From the NCBI GenBank assembly GCA_035267645.1, contig DATFLN010000034.1, positions 28,101-92,100 of the forward strand: a stretch of DNA of 64,000 bases, given 5' to 3'. The stretch comes from Gemmatimonadota bacterium. GTDB lineage: Bacteria; Gemmatimonadota; Gemmatimonadetes; Palauibacterales; Palauibacteraceae. Numbering within the stretch: the stretch's first letter is position 1; every line of letters starts with the position of its first letter. The position numbers and the translations under genes were made by a program. Shown one piece after another: positions 29,995-38,269 of the stretch. The notes under the pieces were generated by a model, which searched no databases, was not told the origin of the DNA, and was given only the letters and a program-made list of their open reading frames with translations.

Positions 29995-31561
29995 GCAGGA
30001 GCTCGACGGCGGCGTCCAGGCTCTCCTGGGGAGAGACGGCGGTGTCGACCGGCCGTGCGTGGCGTCCGGTACGCTCCCCGGGCGCCTGCCAGCGGCGCGC
30101 CATCTGCCGGTACACGGACGGGCCGGCGTCGGACGCCCCGCCCCGTCTCGACCGCAGTCTCTCCTCCACCACCTCCGGGTCGGCCTCGCATACGAGGAAT
30201 AGTACGGGAACCGACAGCCGCTTCGCTACTTCCAAAAAGGCCAGTCGCCGCTCCTCGTCGTGGAACGAGGCGTCGACCAGGACGCGGCGGCCCGAGGCCA
30301 CGCGCTCGCGGGCCCGGTCGCGGAGCGCGGAGTAGGTGCGCTCGGTCCACGCCGGAGCGTAGATCCCTTCCCCGTAGGGGGCCGCGCCGCCGCCGCCCTC
30401 CGGGACGCCCGCCAGCTCCTTGCGCACCTCGTCGCTCGAGAGGACCTGGAAGCCGGCACGGCGCCCGAGACCCGCCGCCAGCGTCGACTTCCCGGTGCCG
30501 GGGAGGCCTCCGACCAGCACGAGGCAGGGTCGGCGGCCGGGCTCCTCGAGCTCGCCCAGCGACAGGAGCCAGTAGGCGCGCGCCCGCTCCCGGGCCCGGC
30601 GGCGGGTCTCCGCGGGGACCTCCTCGTCCAGGGCGGTCATGCCCTCCACCTTCCCCCGTACGGCGGCGCGGTAGGCCCGGTAGAAGGGGACCAGCCCGGC
30701 CCCCTCCCGGTCGCCGGAAGCCTCGAGGTACGCGGCCGTGAAGGTCTCCGAGAGGTCGCGCCGCCCGCGGAACGCGAGGTCCATGGCAAGGAAGGCCATG
30801 TCGGAGATGGGATCGGCGTAGCGGAAGCGCTCGTTGAACTCGATGCAGTCGATGACGACCAGGTCGGCGCCGGGCCCCCGCTCCCGGAGGATGTAGACGT
30901 GGTCCAGGTGAAGGTCGCCGTGCGTGTCGCGGGGGACGCCCGCGTCGGCCCTGGCCACGATCCGCTCGCGGTGGCGATCGAGGGCCGCCTCGGTGAGGCG
31001 CTCGGCCCGCTCCAGGACCGGGGGGTCCACCACGGGACCGGCCTGTTCCCGGGACTGCCGGAAGTTCTCCCGCGCGTTCCCCGCCACGACCTCGAAGCGG
31101 CCGAAGCGGGCCACGCGCTCCCCCCCGGCGGCGCCCGCGTGGAAGTCGGCGATGCGGGCGGCCAGGCGCTTGAGCTCCTCCTCCTCCAGCTCGCCCCGCT
31201 CGAGCCGCCGCAGCGCCGTGGCCTCCTCGGGGAGGCGGCGCATCTTCACCGCGTACTCGACGGGCTCTCCCGCGCCGCCGACCCTCAGGCCGCCGTCCCG
31301 CTCCACGAGCGGGACGACGTCGAGGTAGACGTCCGGCGCGAGCCGGCGGTTGAGGCGGACCTCCTCGCCGCAGAAGTGGCGGCGCTTCTCGAGGGTGGTG
31401 AAGTCCAGGAAGCCCAGGTCCACCGGCTTCTTCACCTTGTAGGCGAAGGGACCGGCCAGGAAGACCACCGAGATGTGGGTGTGGTGGACGATCGGGGCGT
31501 CGACCGGATGGGGGTAGGCGTCGGGATCCTGGAGCGCCCGGACGATGCGTTCGAGGTCCAC
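29975..31561 (-). CDS. Bifunctional protein: N-terminal aminoglycoside-phosphotransferase-like kinase fold plus C-terminal P-loop (AAA/zeta-like) kinase domain
   Basis: The N-domain has an APH/ePK-like catalytic motif (HGDLHLDHVYIL) and a DxxxxD-like region. The C-domain has Walker A (LVLVGGLPGTGKSTLAAGL) and a RRVLVDASF Walker-B-like region. Confidence 0.65.
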   Translation of the reverse strand: MDLERIVRALQDPDAYPHPVDAPIVHHTHISVVFLAGPFAYKVKKPVDLGFLDFTTLEKRRHFCGEEVRLNRRLAPDVYLDVVPLVERDGGLRVGGAGEPVEYAVKMRRLPEEATALRRLERGELEEEELKRLAARIADFHAGAAGGERVARFGRFEVVAGNARENFRQSREQAGPVVDPPVLERAERLTEAALDRHRERIVARADAGVPRDTHGDLHLDHVYILRERGPGADLVVIDCIEFNERFRYADPISDMAFLAMDLAFRGRRDLSETFTAAYLEASGDREGAGLVPFYRAYRAAVRGKVEGMTALDEEVPAETRRRARERARAYWLLSLGELEEPGRRPCLVLVGGLPGTGKSTLAAGLGRRAGFQVLSSDEVRKELAGVPEGGGGAAPYGEGIYAPAWTERTYSALRDRARERVASGRRVLVDASFHDEERRLAFLEVAKRLSVPVLFLVCEADPEVVEERLRSRRGGASDAGPSVYRQMARRWQAPGERTGRHARPVDTAVSPQESLDAAVELLRAEGLA

Positions 31562-31637
31562 GATTCGGCTCCGTGAGCCCGGGTTCCCGAGCGGTTCCGT
31601 GGGCCGGCCCCCCGGGTGGAGGCCCGGCCCGCGGGCC

Positions 31638-32105
31638 TCAGGCCGAGCGGATCGCGCTCCGCACGGCGTCGTAGTCCGGCTCGACCCCCGGGTCCTCGGA
31701 CACCCAGCGGTAGGCCACCCGCCCGTCCTCGCCGATCACGAAGACCGCCCGCTTGGAGACGCCCTCGAGCCCGAGGAGCTCGTCGTACAGGACGCCGTAG
31801 CGCTCCGAGACGTCGCGGTTGAAGTCCGAGAGGACGGGGAAGGGGATCTCCTCGTCCTGCCTGAACCTGGCCGTCACGAAGGGGCTGTCCACCGAGATCG
31901 CGAACACCCGCGCGTCCAGCCCCTCGAACTCCGACCAGCGACTCCTGAAGGTGCCCAGCTCGGTCGTGCACGTGGGGCTGAAGGCCAGCGGGATGAAGAG
32001 GAGCGCGACCTTCTCCCGCCCGATCAGGCCGCCGACGTCCACCGTCTTGCCCGGGGCCGCGGGCAGGGAGAAGCCGGGGGCCCTGTCGCCTTCCTGTACG
32101 GCCAT
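31638..32105 (-). CDS. Peroxiredoxin (AhpC/TSA family, Bcp/PrxQ-like)
   Basis: GDRAPGFSLP...LLFIPLAFSPTCTTELGTF is the peroxidatic Cys motif. Start is MAVQEGDRAPGF at 32105. The printed ORF has an unlikely 32-codon extension. Confidence 0.8.
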   Translation of the reverse strand: MAVQEGDRAPGFSLPAAPGKTVDVGGLIGREKVALLFIPLAFSPTCTTELGTFRSRWSEFEGLDARVFAISVDSPFVTARFRQDEEIPFPVLSDFNRDVSERYGVLYDELLGLEGVSKRAVFVIGEDGRVAYRWVSEDPGVEPDYDAVRSAIRSA

Positions 32106-32324
32106 GCGCAGATGCCTCCGCCTGGGGTCGTGGAGCGAGAGCCGGACCGCCCGGCGGCGGCCGCCCTCCCGCGGGCGTCCCTCGCCCGCGCCTCGGCCCA
32201 CGTCCGCGCAAGGGGCGTACCGGATCCGGGTCGGCCGCAGCGGGTTCCGGCGCCGCCGCTGCGTCCCTCGCAGCGGCGGCCCTCACCGGTCGGGCAGGGG
32301 CGCGCGACGGGGCGCCCCCCAACG

Positions 32325-34148
32325 TCAGAAGCCGCCGCCCCCGCCCCCGCCGAAGCCCCCGCCCGAGAAGCCGCCGCCGCCCGAGAAGCCGGAGCTTCCG
32401 GAGCTGCTGCGAGGCTGGGACGTCATGGCCGATCCGGTCCTGGCCGACATGTTTCCGAGGCTGGCCACGAACAGGCTGGGCCGGAACCCCGTCGGGTCCG
32501 TGCCCCGGTACCACGACGGGGGCTCCGTGTACATCCCGTCGAACGCCTTCGCCCAGGTCCTCTCCACGCCCAGGGCCATGGCGTGGGGGAGGAAGCGCTC
32601 GAAGTCCTCGGGCCCCTTGATGAGGCGCTTGAAGTGGTCCTCCTCGACCCGCTTCAGGAACTCCTCGAAGCCGAGGACGGCCTCCAGCGCCCGGGTCCCG
32701 GCCTCGGTCTTGGCCGGCATGAACCACCCGAAGCCGGCCACCACGAGCGCCGAGAGCGCGACGCCCAGCACCACGGCCAGCGCGGAGACGGCTTCGCCCG
32801 AGGCGATCTTGAGCCCCAGCGCCAGGAGGAGCGCCCCGCCGATGATCGCCACGGCCAGCCACATGCCGCGCACGCGGTCGGGCCGGCGCCCGTAGTAGCC
32901 CCGCCGCATCAGGGCGGCGAACAGGCTGTCCTTGATCCCAGGGAGGTCCTTGTAGAAGCTGTCCTCGAGGTCCTCCAGGCGCACGTGGTCCCGCGCCCCG
33001 TCGTCGAAGAGACTGTCGAGGAGGTTGCGCTCGTGGTCCTCCAGGTCGCCCCACTCCTCGCGGGAGCGCTGGAGGTCGAACGCGTAGTCGGGCTCGCTGC
33101 CGAGCAGCCCCAGGAGCTTCTTCTTCTCGTGCTCGTCGATCGTGACGTAGCCCCGGACCGCCAGGTCGACGATCGTCGCGGTGATGTCCCGCATGTCCGG
33201 GGAGTCGTCCACGAGGACGCCCTCCTCGCCGGGCGTCAGCCCATCGGGAGGCTCGTACCGGGCCGCGATGGGCCGCCGGCGCGGGTCGCGCCCGCGGCGC
33301 CACCACAGGCCGAACATGGCGGGAAAGACGAGCAGGGGGAGCCCCAGGGGCCAGTTGCCCCTCAGGAACCACTCCACCTTGGTGAGGAACGAGGGCCTGG
33401 CGACCACGCCCGTGTTCCAGGCCACGTCCACGGTGAGGCCCTCGTGCAGGCCGAGGGCCTGGGTGGTGTGGAACCGGATCAGGGGGCCCTGGACGTCCTT
33501 CGAGGCGGCGTGGCCCCTGGTGCCGTAGGTCCCGGTGAAGGCCTGGGCCCGCACCCCCTCCACCTCGGTGGGGAGGTGCACCGTGGCCGAGGCGCTCCGG
33601 ATCTCCAGCGGCCACGCCGTGCCGGTGACGTTCCAGTACAGCTCGTCGTAGTCGTCGAAGAAGCGGAGGCCGTTCTCGACGCGGTAGTGGATCCGCACGG
33701 TCCGCTCGGCGTCCTGCGCCCCCGGCACGTGGATCTTGAGCCGCAGATTGCCCTTCGATCGCTTCGTCTCGTACTCGAGCGCCCGGCCCTGCCCGTCCTC
33801 GACGTCCTCCACGTCGACGAACAGGCGGTAGCCGAATCCGCCCGGACCCCGGTAGTCGATCGGGATGTCGCGGTAGACCCCGTGCCACGAGCCCTCGAAG
33901 CGGAACCGGATCGTCTCGACGACGTCCATGGCGCCCGTCGTGAACACGCTGAGGTCGGCGTGGAAGCTGTCGATGCTCAGCGTGCGGGCGGGTGGCGCCG
34001 CGTGCACCGGTCCGTGGGCCGGGACGCCCCGGCGCGGGGCGGGGGCGGCGGCCCCCGCCGGCGGGGGAGACGCCAGGAGGCCCGGGAGGGCGAGGAGCAG
34101 GGCGGCCGAGGCGGCACGCGGCACACCCCGCACGCCGCGGCGGAGCAT
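32325..34148 (-). CDS. DUF2207 family membrane protein with Gly-rich C-terminal tail
   Basis: Signal peptide, a large extracytoplasmic domain, two TM helices and a terminal SSGSSGFSGGGGFSGGGFGGGGGGGF tail, typical of DUF2207. It is the downstream partner of LemA. Confidence 0.7.
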   Translation of the reverse strand: MLRRGVRGVPRAASAALLLALPGLLASPPPAGAAAPAPRRGVPAHGPVHAAPPARTLSIDSFHADLSVFTTGAMDVVETIRFRFEGSWHGVYRDIPIDYRGPGGFGYRLFVDVEDVEDGQGRALEYETKRSKGNLRLKIHVPGAQDAERTVRIHYRVENGLRFFDDYDELYWNVTGTAWPLEIRSASATVHLPTEVEGVRAQAFTGTYGTRGHAASKDVQGPLIRFHTTQALGLHEGLTVDVAWNTGVVARPSFLTKVEWFLRGNWPLGLPLLVFPAMFGLWWRRGRDPRRRPIAARYEPPDGLTPGEEGVLVDDSPDMRDITATIVDLAVRGYVTIDEHEKKKLLGLLGSEPDYAFDLQRSREEWGDLEDHERNLLDSLFDDGARDHVRLEDLEDSFYKDLPGIKDSLFAALMRRGYYGRRPDRVRGMWLAVAIIGGALLLALGLKIASGEAVSALAVVLGVALSALVVAGFGWFMPAKTEAGTRALEAVLGFEEFLKRVEEDHFKRLIKGPEDFERFLPHAMALGVERTWAKAFDGMYTEPPSWYRGTDPTGFRPSLFVASLGNMSARTGSAMTSQPRSSSGSSGFSGGGGFSGGGFGGGGGGGF

Positions 34149-34188
34149 CGCGCGCGGCCGGGTGCGTGGAGCGGCGCTCACGGCCCGC

Positions 34189-34731
34189 TCAGAACTCGAC
34201 TTCCGGCACCGCCCGCTCGGACTCGTCCCCCAGGGTGAAGAACTCGCGCGGGTGGAACCCGAACATCCCCGCCACGAGGTTGGACGGGAACTGCTGGATG
34301 CGCGTGTTGAGCTCCCGGACGACCGCGTTGTAGTAGCGGCGGGCGTTCTGGACGGCGTCCTCGATGCTGCTCAGCGTGTCCTGGAGCTGGCGGAAGCTCT
34401 CCACGGCCCTGAGCTGCGGGTAGGACTCCGAGAGGGCGAAGAGCGACTTCAGCGCGTTGGTGAGCTGGCCCTCGGCCTCGCCCCGGGCGGCGGGGCCCTG
34501 CGCGCTCATGGCCTTGTTGCGGGCCTCGATGACGCCCTCGAGCGTCTCCTTCTCGTGGCCCGCGTAGCCCTTGACCGTCTCCACGAGGTTCGGGATGAGG
34601 TCGTGCCTGCGCTTGAGCTGGACGTCGATGTCCGCCCAGGCGTTGTCCGCCTGCACCTTGAGCCGGACGAGCTTGTTGTAGACGAAGATGGCGCCGACCA
34701 CGAGGAGCGCCAGAAGTACAAGGAACCACAT
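34189..34731 (-). CDS. lemA: LemA family protein
   Basis: MWFLVLLALLVVGAIFVYNKLVRLKVQADNAWADIDVQLKRRHDLIPNLVETVKGYAGHEKETLEGVIEARNKA is a canonical LemA. The ATG is at 34731. Confidence 0.88.
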   Translation of the reverse strand: MWFLVLLALLVVGAIFVYNKLVRLKVQADNAWADIDVQLKRRHDLIPNLVETVKGYAGHEKETLEGVIEARNKAMSAQGPAARGEAEGQLTNALKSLFALSESYPQLRAVESFRQLQDTLSSIEDAVQNARRYYNAVVRELNTRIQQFPSNLVAGMFGFHPREFFTLGDESERAVPEVEF

Positions 34732-34923
34732 GGGATCCTCCGGGACGGGAGATGGACGCGTGAGCGATCCGCGCTCGGCGCCACAACGATACGCGGCCCG
34801 CTCCGGGGTGTAAACCCCGCGGGCGCGGAGGGGCCGGCGGTCGGACGGCGGCTTCCGCGCACCGGGCACCGGGGACGCCCGGCCCTCCCGGTCGCCTGGA
34901 CCGGCGCTCCGGCGGACCTCATC

Positions 34924-35727
34924 GTGGGGATCCGACGTGACTCGCACCGCAGGGGGCATCAGGTGCTCGTCCAGGTCCGTCCGGAGGGTCTCCGGCTCAT
35001 CCGCCAGCACGACCACGCGCTGGCCTCCGGCGCTCTGGCCCGGGCCTGGACGCCGCCCGACCGCCCGGAGCTCCCCTTCGCGCTCGTCCTGGCCGTGGCG
35101 CTCCACGACGTGGCGTGGATCCCCGTGGACCGGGAGCCGAGCCTCGATGCCTCGTCGGGACGCCCGCACGACTTCCAGTCCCTTCCGGCCGGGCGGAAGC
35201 TCGCGGCCTACGCCGCCGGCCTGGACCGGGCGGAGGCGCTCCACCCGGCCGCGGGCCTCCTGGGCAGCCACCACTACGCGGCCTTCGCCCGCTCGGGATC
35301 GGACTCCGCGCCGGAGGCGACCGAGCGCTTCCTGGAGGGCGAGCGGGAGCGCCGCCGGCGCCTGGAGGGCAGCGCCGGGGCCGCGATCCCGGGGATCCCG
35401 GTCGAGGAGGCCCTGGAGCTCCTCCGCTTCCTCGACCGGCTCTCGCTCCTCCTCTGCCTCTCGGCGGCCGGCGCCGACCCGGACTCGGTCCCACCGTGGC
35501 TGGAGCCGCGGGGGCGGGCGGAGCCTCCGGACGGCCGGATGCTCCGGCTGGCGTGGCGCGGAGAGGGACGGGTCCTGCTCGAGCCTTTCCCGCTCGGAGG
35601 GCCGCTGACGCTCGAGATCCCGTTCCGGGACCTCCCGCCCGGCCCGTTCGCCGAGGCGGACGAGCTCCGGGGCGTTTGGGAGGAAGCCCCCGAGCGGGTG
35701 TGGGAGCTGGAGGTGGCTCCGGGCTGA
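34924..35727 (+). CDS. DUF3891-like hypothetical protein
   Basis: The C-terminal 268 codons of a long plus ORF are not antisense-derived. The N-terminal RQHDHALASGALA resembles the DUF3891 signature (HDxG..LA). GTG start at 34924; family recalled from memory, start unverified. Divergent from lemA. Confidence 0.4.
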   Translation: MGIRRDSHRRGHQVLVQVRPEGLRLIRQHDHALASGALARAWTPPDRPELPFALVLAVALHDVAWIPVDREPSLDASSGRPHDFQSLPAGRKLAAYAAGLDRAEALHPAAGLLGSHHYAAFARSGSDSAPEATERFLEGERERRRRLEGSAGAAIPGIPVEEALELLRFLDRLSLLLCLSAAGADPDSVPPWLEPRGRAEPPDGRMLRLAWRGEGRVLLEPFPLGGPLTLEIPFRDLPPGPFAEADELRGVWEEAPERVWELEVAPG

Positions 35728-35827
35728 GGGAACGCGGCGGCGCGCGGCGTCCGAAGACGACGGGGGCAGCGGCCGACGGCGCCGCGGGAGGCTCAGGCCG
35801 CAGACGGCCTTCGGACCACCCGGCCCG

Positions 35828-36298
35828 TCAGCCCTGGCGGTCCGCCATCTCCTTCACGATGCGGAACTCCTCGGCCGTGACCGGCAGGATGGAGTGCCGG
35901 ACCCCGCGCTGCAGCACCTTCATCCCCTCGAGCCCCGTCTCTTCCTTCATGGCGTCCCGCGTCACCGGCTCGTCGAAAATCTCCACGTGCTCGAGGTCCA
36001 CGCACCACCAGGTCGGGTCGTCGGGGTCGGAGTCCGGGTCCTCGTAGGCGTGCCCCTCCTCGAACTGCTTCGAGTCGGGGTGGGACGGGCCGGCGACCCT
36101 CGCCAGCCCGTAGACGCCCAGGACCTTCGTGCTCGAGTGGTAGATCAGGACGTCGTCGCCCGGCTCCATCTCGTCGCGCATGTAGTTCCGGGCCAGGTAG
36201 TTCCTCACGCCCCACCACTCGGTGGTGCCGTCGCGCTCCAGGTCCTCGATCGCGTAGGTGTCGGGGTCGGTCTTGACGAGCCAGTAGCTTCCGGACAT
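35828..36298 (-). CDS. EVE domain (PUA-like) protein
   Basis: MSGSYWLVKTDPDTYAIEDLERDGTTEWWGVRNYLARNYMRDEMEPGDDVLIYHS is an EVE/Thump-like PUA fold. The ATG is at 36298. Confidence 0.78.
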   Translation of the reverse strand: MSGSYWLVKTDPDTYAIEDLERDGTTEWWGVRNYLARNYMRDEMEPGDDVLIYHSSTKVLGVYGLARVAGPSHPDSKQFEEGHAYEDPDSDPDDPTWWCVDLEHVEIFDEPVTRDAMKEETGLEGMKVLQRGVRHSILPVTAEEFRIVKEMADRQG

Positions 36299-36409
36299 GG
36301 GGACGTGCCTCCTCGGGCGAGTGCGATGGCGGCGTCGAACGGGCGGGCGATACCGTAGCGGACACGCGATGCCGCCGCGAGCCCGGTCCGGCGGCACCGG
36401 GCCCGGATC

Positions 36410-38269
36410 TCAGCCGCCCACACGCCTCCACAGGGCCCGACCCACGAAGCGGAGGCGGTCGGGCCAGGAGAGCCGCCCGAACGTGGTTCGGACCACGCCG
36501 CGGGTGAAGAAGGTGGGCCGCGAGTAGTCGATGGCCACGTCCACGGCCACGGGCCGGCCCTCCGCCAGACGGTCGGCGGCCGCGCGGACCGTGGCCTCGA
36601 TCGCGTCGTCGGTCTCGAGGGCCAGGCACTCGACGCCCACCCCCCGGCACAGCGAAGCCAGGTCGTAGTCGGCGACGCGGCTCGCCTCCCGGCGGCCCAG
36701 GGCCACCTGCTGGAACTGGGCGATCTGGGCCAGCTCCCGGTCGCGGAGGACGAAGGCGGCCACGGCCGCGCCCTCCCGGGCGGCGGTGAGGAGCTCGAGG
36801 CCGGTCATCAGGAAGGCTCCGTCTCCGGCCAGGGCGACGACCGGCGCGCCGGGCCGGGCCAGGGCGGCGCCGACGGCCGCCGGCACGGAGTAGCCCATGC
36901 ACGAGTAGTCGACGGGCGCCAGGAAGCGCCGGGGAGCGTCCAGCCGCAGCATCTCCACGGCCAGGAAGGTGCCGTTCCCGCTGTCGGTGGCGTACACGGC
37001 CTCCGGCCCGAGCGCGCGCTGCAGAACGTCGAGGAGGAGGCCCGGGCTCACGCCCTCCTCCCCGGTCGGCTCCAGCTGCTCCCGGCGGACCTCTTCGTGC
37101 CCTTCCCGGATCCGCTCCCGCAGCGCGCGGTCGGGCTCTCGCGCCGGACCGGGGCTCGACGGGTCGGCCCCGCCGCGCGGTGCGGTCGCGGCTCCCAGCC
37201 GGTCGAGGAGCGCCTCCACGAACGCGCGGGCGTCGGCGGCCGCCGCCACCTCCGCGGGGAAGTTGCGGTCCAGGGCCTCGGGGTCGATGTCCACGTGGAC
37301 GAGCGGACCGGGCGGCTCGAAGCTCCAGCTCCCCGTGCCCACCTCCCGAAATCGGCAGCCGAGGGCGAGCGTGGCGTCGCAGTCCGCCGCCACCTCGCGC
37401 ACGAAGGAGGGTGCCGTCCGGCCGAAGCCGGGCCACAGCCACAGCGGGTGCGCCTCCGGGAAGACGCCCTTCCCCTGGAAGGTCGTGGAGACCGGGGCCT
37501 CCAGCCGCTGGGCCAGGGCCGGGAGCAGGTCCGCGGCCCCGGCCGCGCCCGCGCCGACGTAGAGGAGGGGGCGGTCGGCGCCGGCCAGGATCTCCGCGGC
37601 GCGGGCGACGTCCTCTTCGGCCGGCGCGCCGGGGCCCGGGGCAGGGCCGCCGGCGGCCGAGCCGGGCGAGGGCGCGGGGGCCGAGGCGTGGGAGGGGCCC
37701 GCGGCGGTGGCGCCGGCCACCCCCGGACCGGCCGAGTCCGACCCGCCGCCCCCCCGCGCCGCGTGCCACCCGAGCATGAGCTCGGCCGGGATCTCGAGGA
37801 GCACCGGTCCGGGCGCCCCGGCGCGCGCCAGCCGGCACGCGCGCCGGACCGCGCCGCCCACGTCCTCGTCCGGACCGAGGCGGAGCGCGGCCTTCGTCAC
37901 CGGCCCGGCGAGGGCCACCTGGTCCATCTCGTGGAGCTGGAACGCCCGGTCGGTGTCCGTCCGGATGCCGCACGCCAGGATCAGCATCGGGACATTGTCG
38001 AGGAGGGCCTCGGCCACCCCCGACAGGGCGTGGGTGAGGCCCGCGCCCGGGACGAGCGCAAGGGCCGCCATGCGGCCGGAGGCGCGCCAGGCGCCGTCGG
38101 CCAGGAACGAGGCGCTCTGCTCGTCGGTGACCAGCACGGGCCGGACGCTCCCCGACGCCCCCATCGCGTCCCACAGCTCCAGGTTGTGGGTGCCGGGGAT
38201 CCCGGCCACGAGCTCGACGCCCTCGGCCTCGAGGGCCTCCATCACCTCGTCCGCGCCCCGGCGCTTCAC
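36410..38269 (-). CDS. Thiamine-pyrophosphate-dependent enzyme (acetolactate-synthase / benzoylformate-decarboxylase-like) with a Gly/Ala/Pro-rich insertion
   Basis: N-terminal Pyr domain (GADEVMEALEAEGVELVAGIPG). C-terminal PP domain with the GDG TPP-binding motif (VALAGDGAFLMTGLELLTAAREG). An internal low-complexity segment of about 55 aa is present. The GTG start at 38269 overlaps the upstream TGA. Confidence 0.75.
   Translation of the reverse strand: MKRRGADEVMEALEAEGVELVAGIPGTHNLELWDAMGASGSVRPVLVTDEQSASFLADGAWRASGRMAALALVPGAGLTHALSGVAEALLDNVPMLILACGIRTDTDRAFQLHEMDQVALAGPVTKAALRLGPDEDVGGAVRRACRLARAGAPGPVLLEIPAELMLGWHAARGGGGSDSAGPGVAGATAAGPSHASAPAPSPGSAAGGPAPGPGAPAEEDVARAAEILAGADRPLLYVGAGAAGAADLLPALAQRLEAPVSTTFQGKGVFPEAHPLWLWPGFGRTAPSFVREVAADCDATLALGCRFREVGTGSWSFEPPGPLVHVDIDPEALDRNFPAEVAAAADARAFVEALLDRLGAATAPRGGADPSSPGPAREPDRALRERIREGHEEVRREQLEPTGEEGVSPGLLLDVLQRALGPEAVYATDSGNGTFLAVEMLRLDAPRRFLAPVDYSCMGYSVPAAVGAALARPGAPVVALAGDGAFLMTGLELLTAAREGAAVAAFVLRDRELAQIAQFQQVALGRREASRVADYDLASLCRGVGVECLALETDDAIEATVRAAADRLAEGRPVAVDVAIDYSRPTFFTRGVVRTTFGRLSWPDRLRFVGRALWRRVGG

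Noticed and set aside
33928-34923. The N-terminal 332 codons of the plus ORF 33928..35727
   Set aside because: It is antisense to DUF2207 and lemA. Only the portion from 34924 onward lies in intergenic or unique sequence and shows a family-like motif.
34732-34923. A GNRA-loop hairpin (ccggggt-gtaa-accccg) in the lemA/DUF3891 divergent region, considered as a possible riboswitch or terminator
   Set aside because: The stem is only 6-7 bp and imperfect. The location is a promoter region between divergent genes, so this is more likely chance complementarity in GC-rich DNA.
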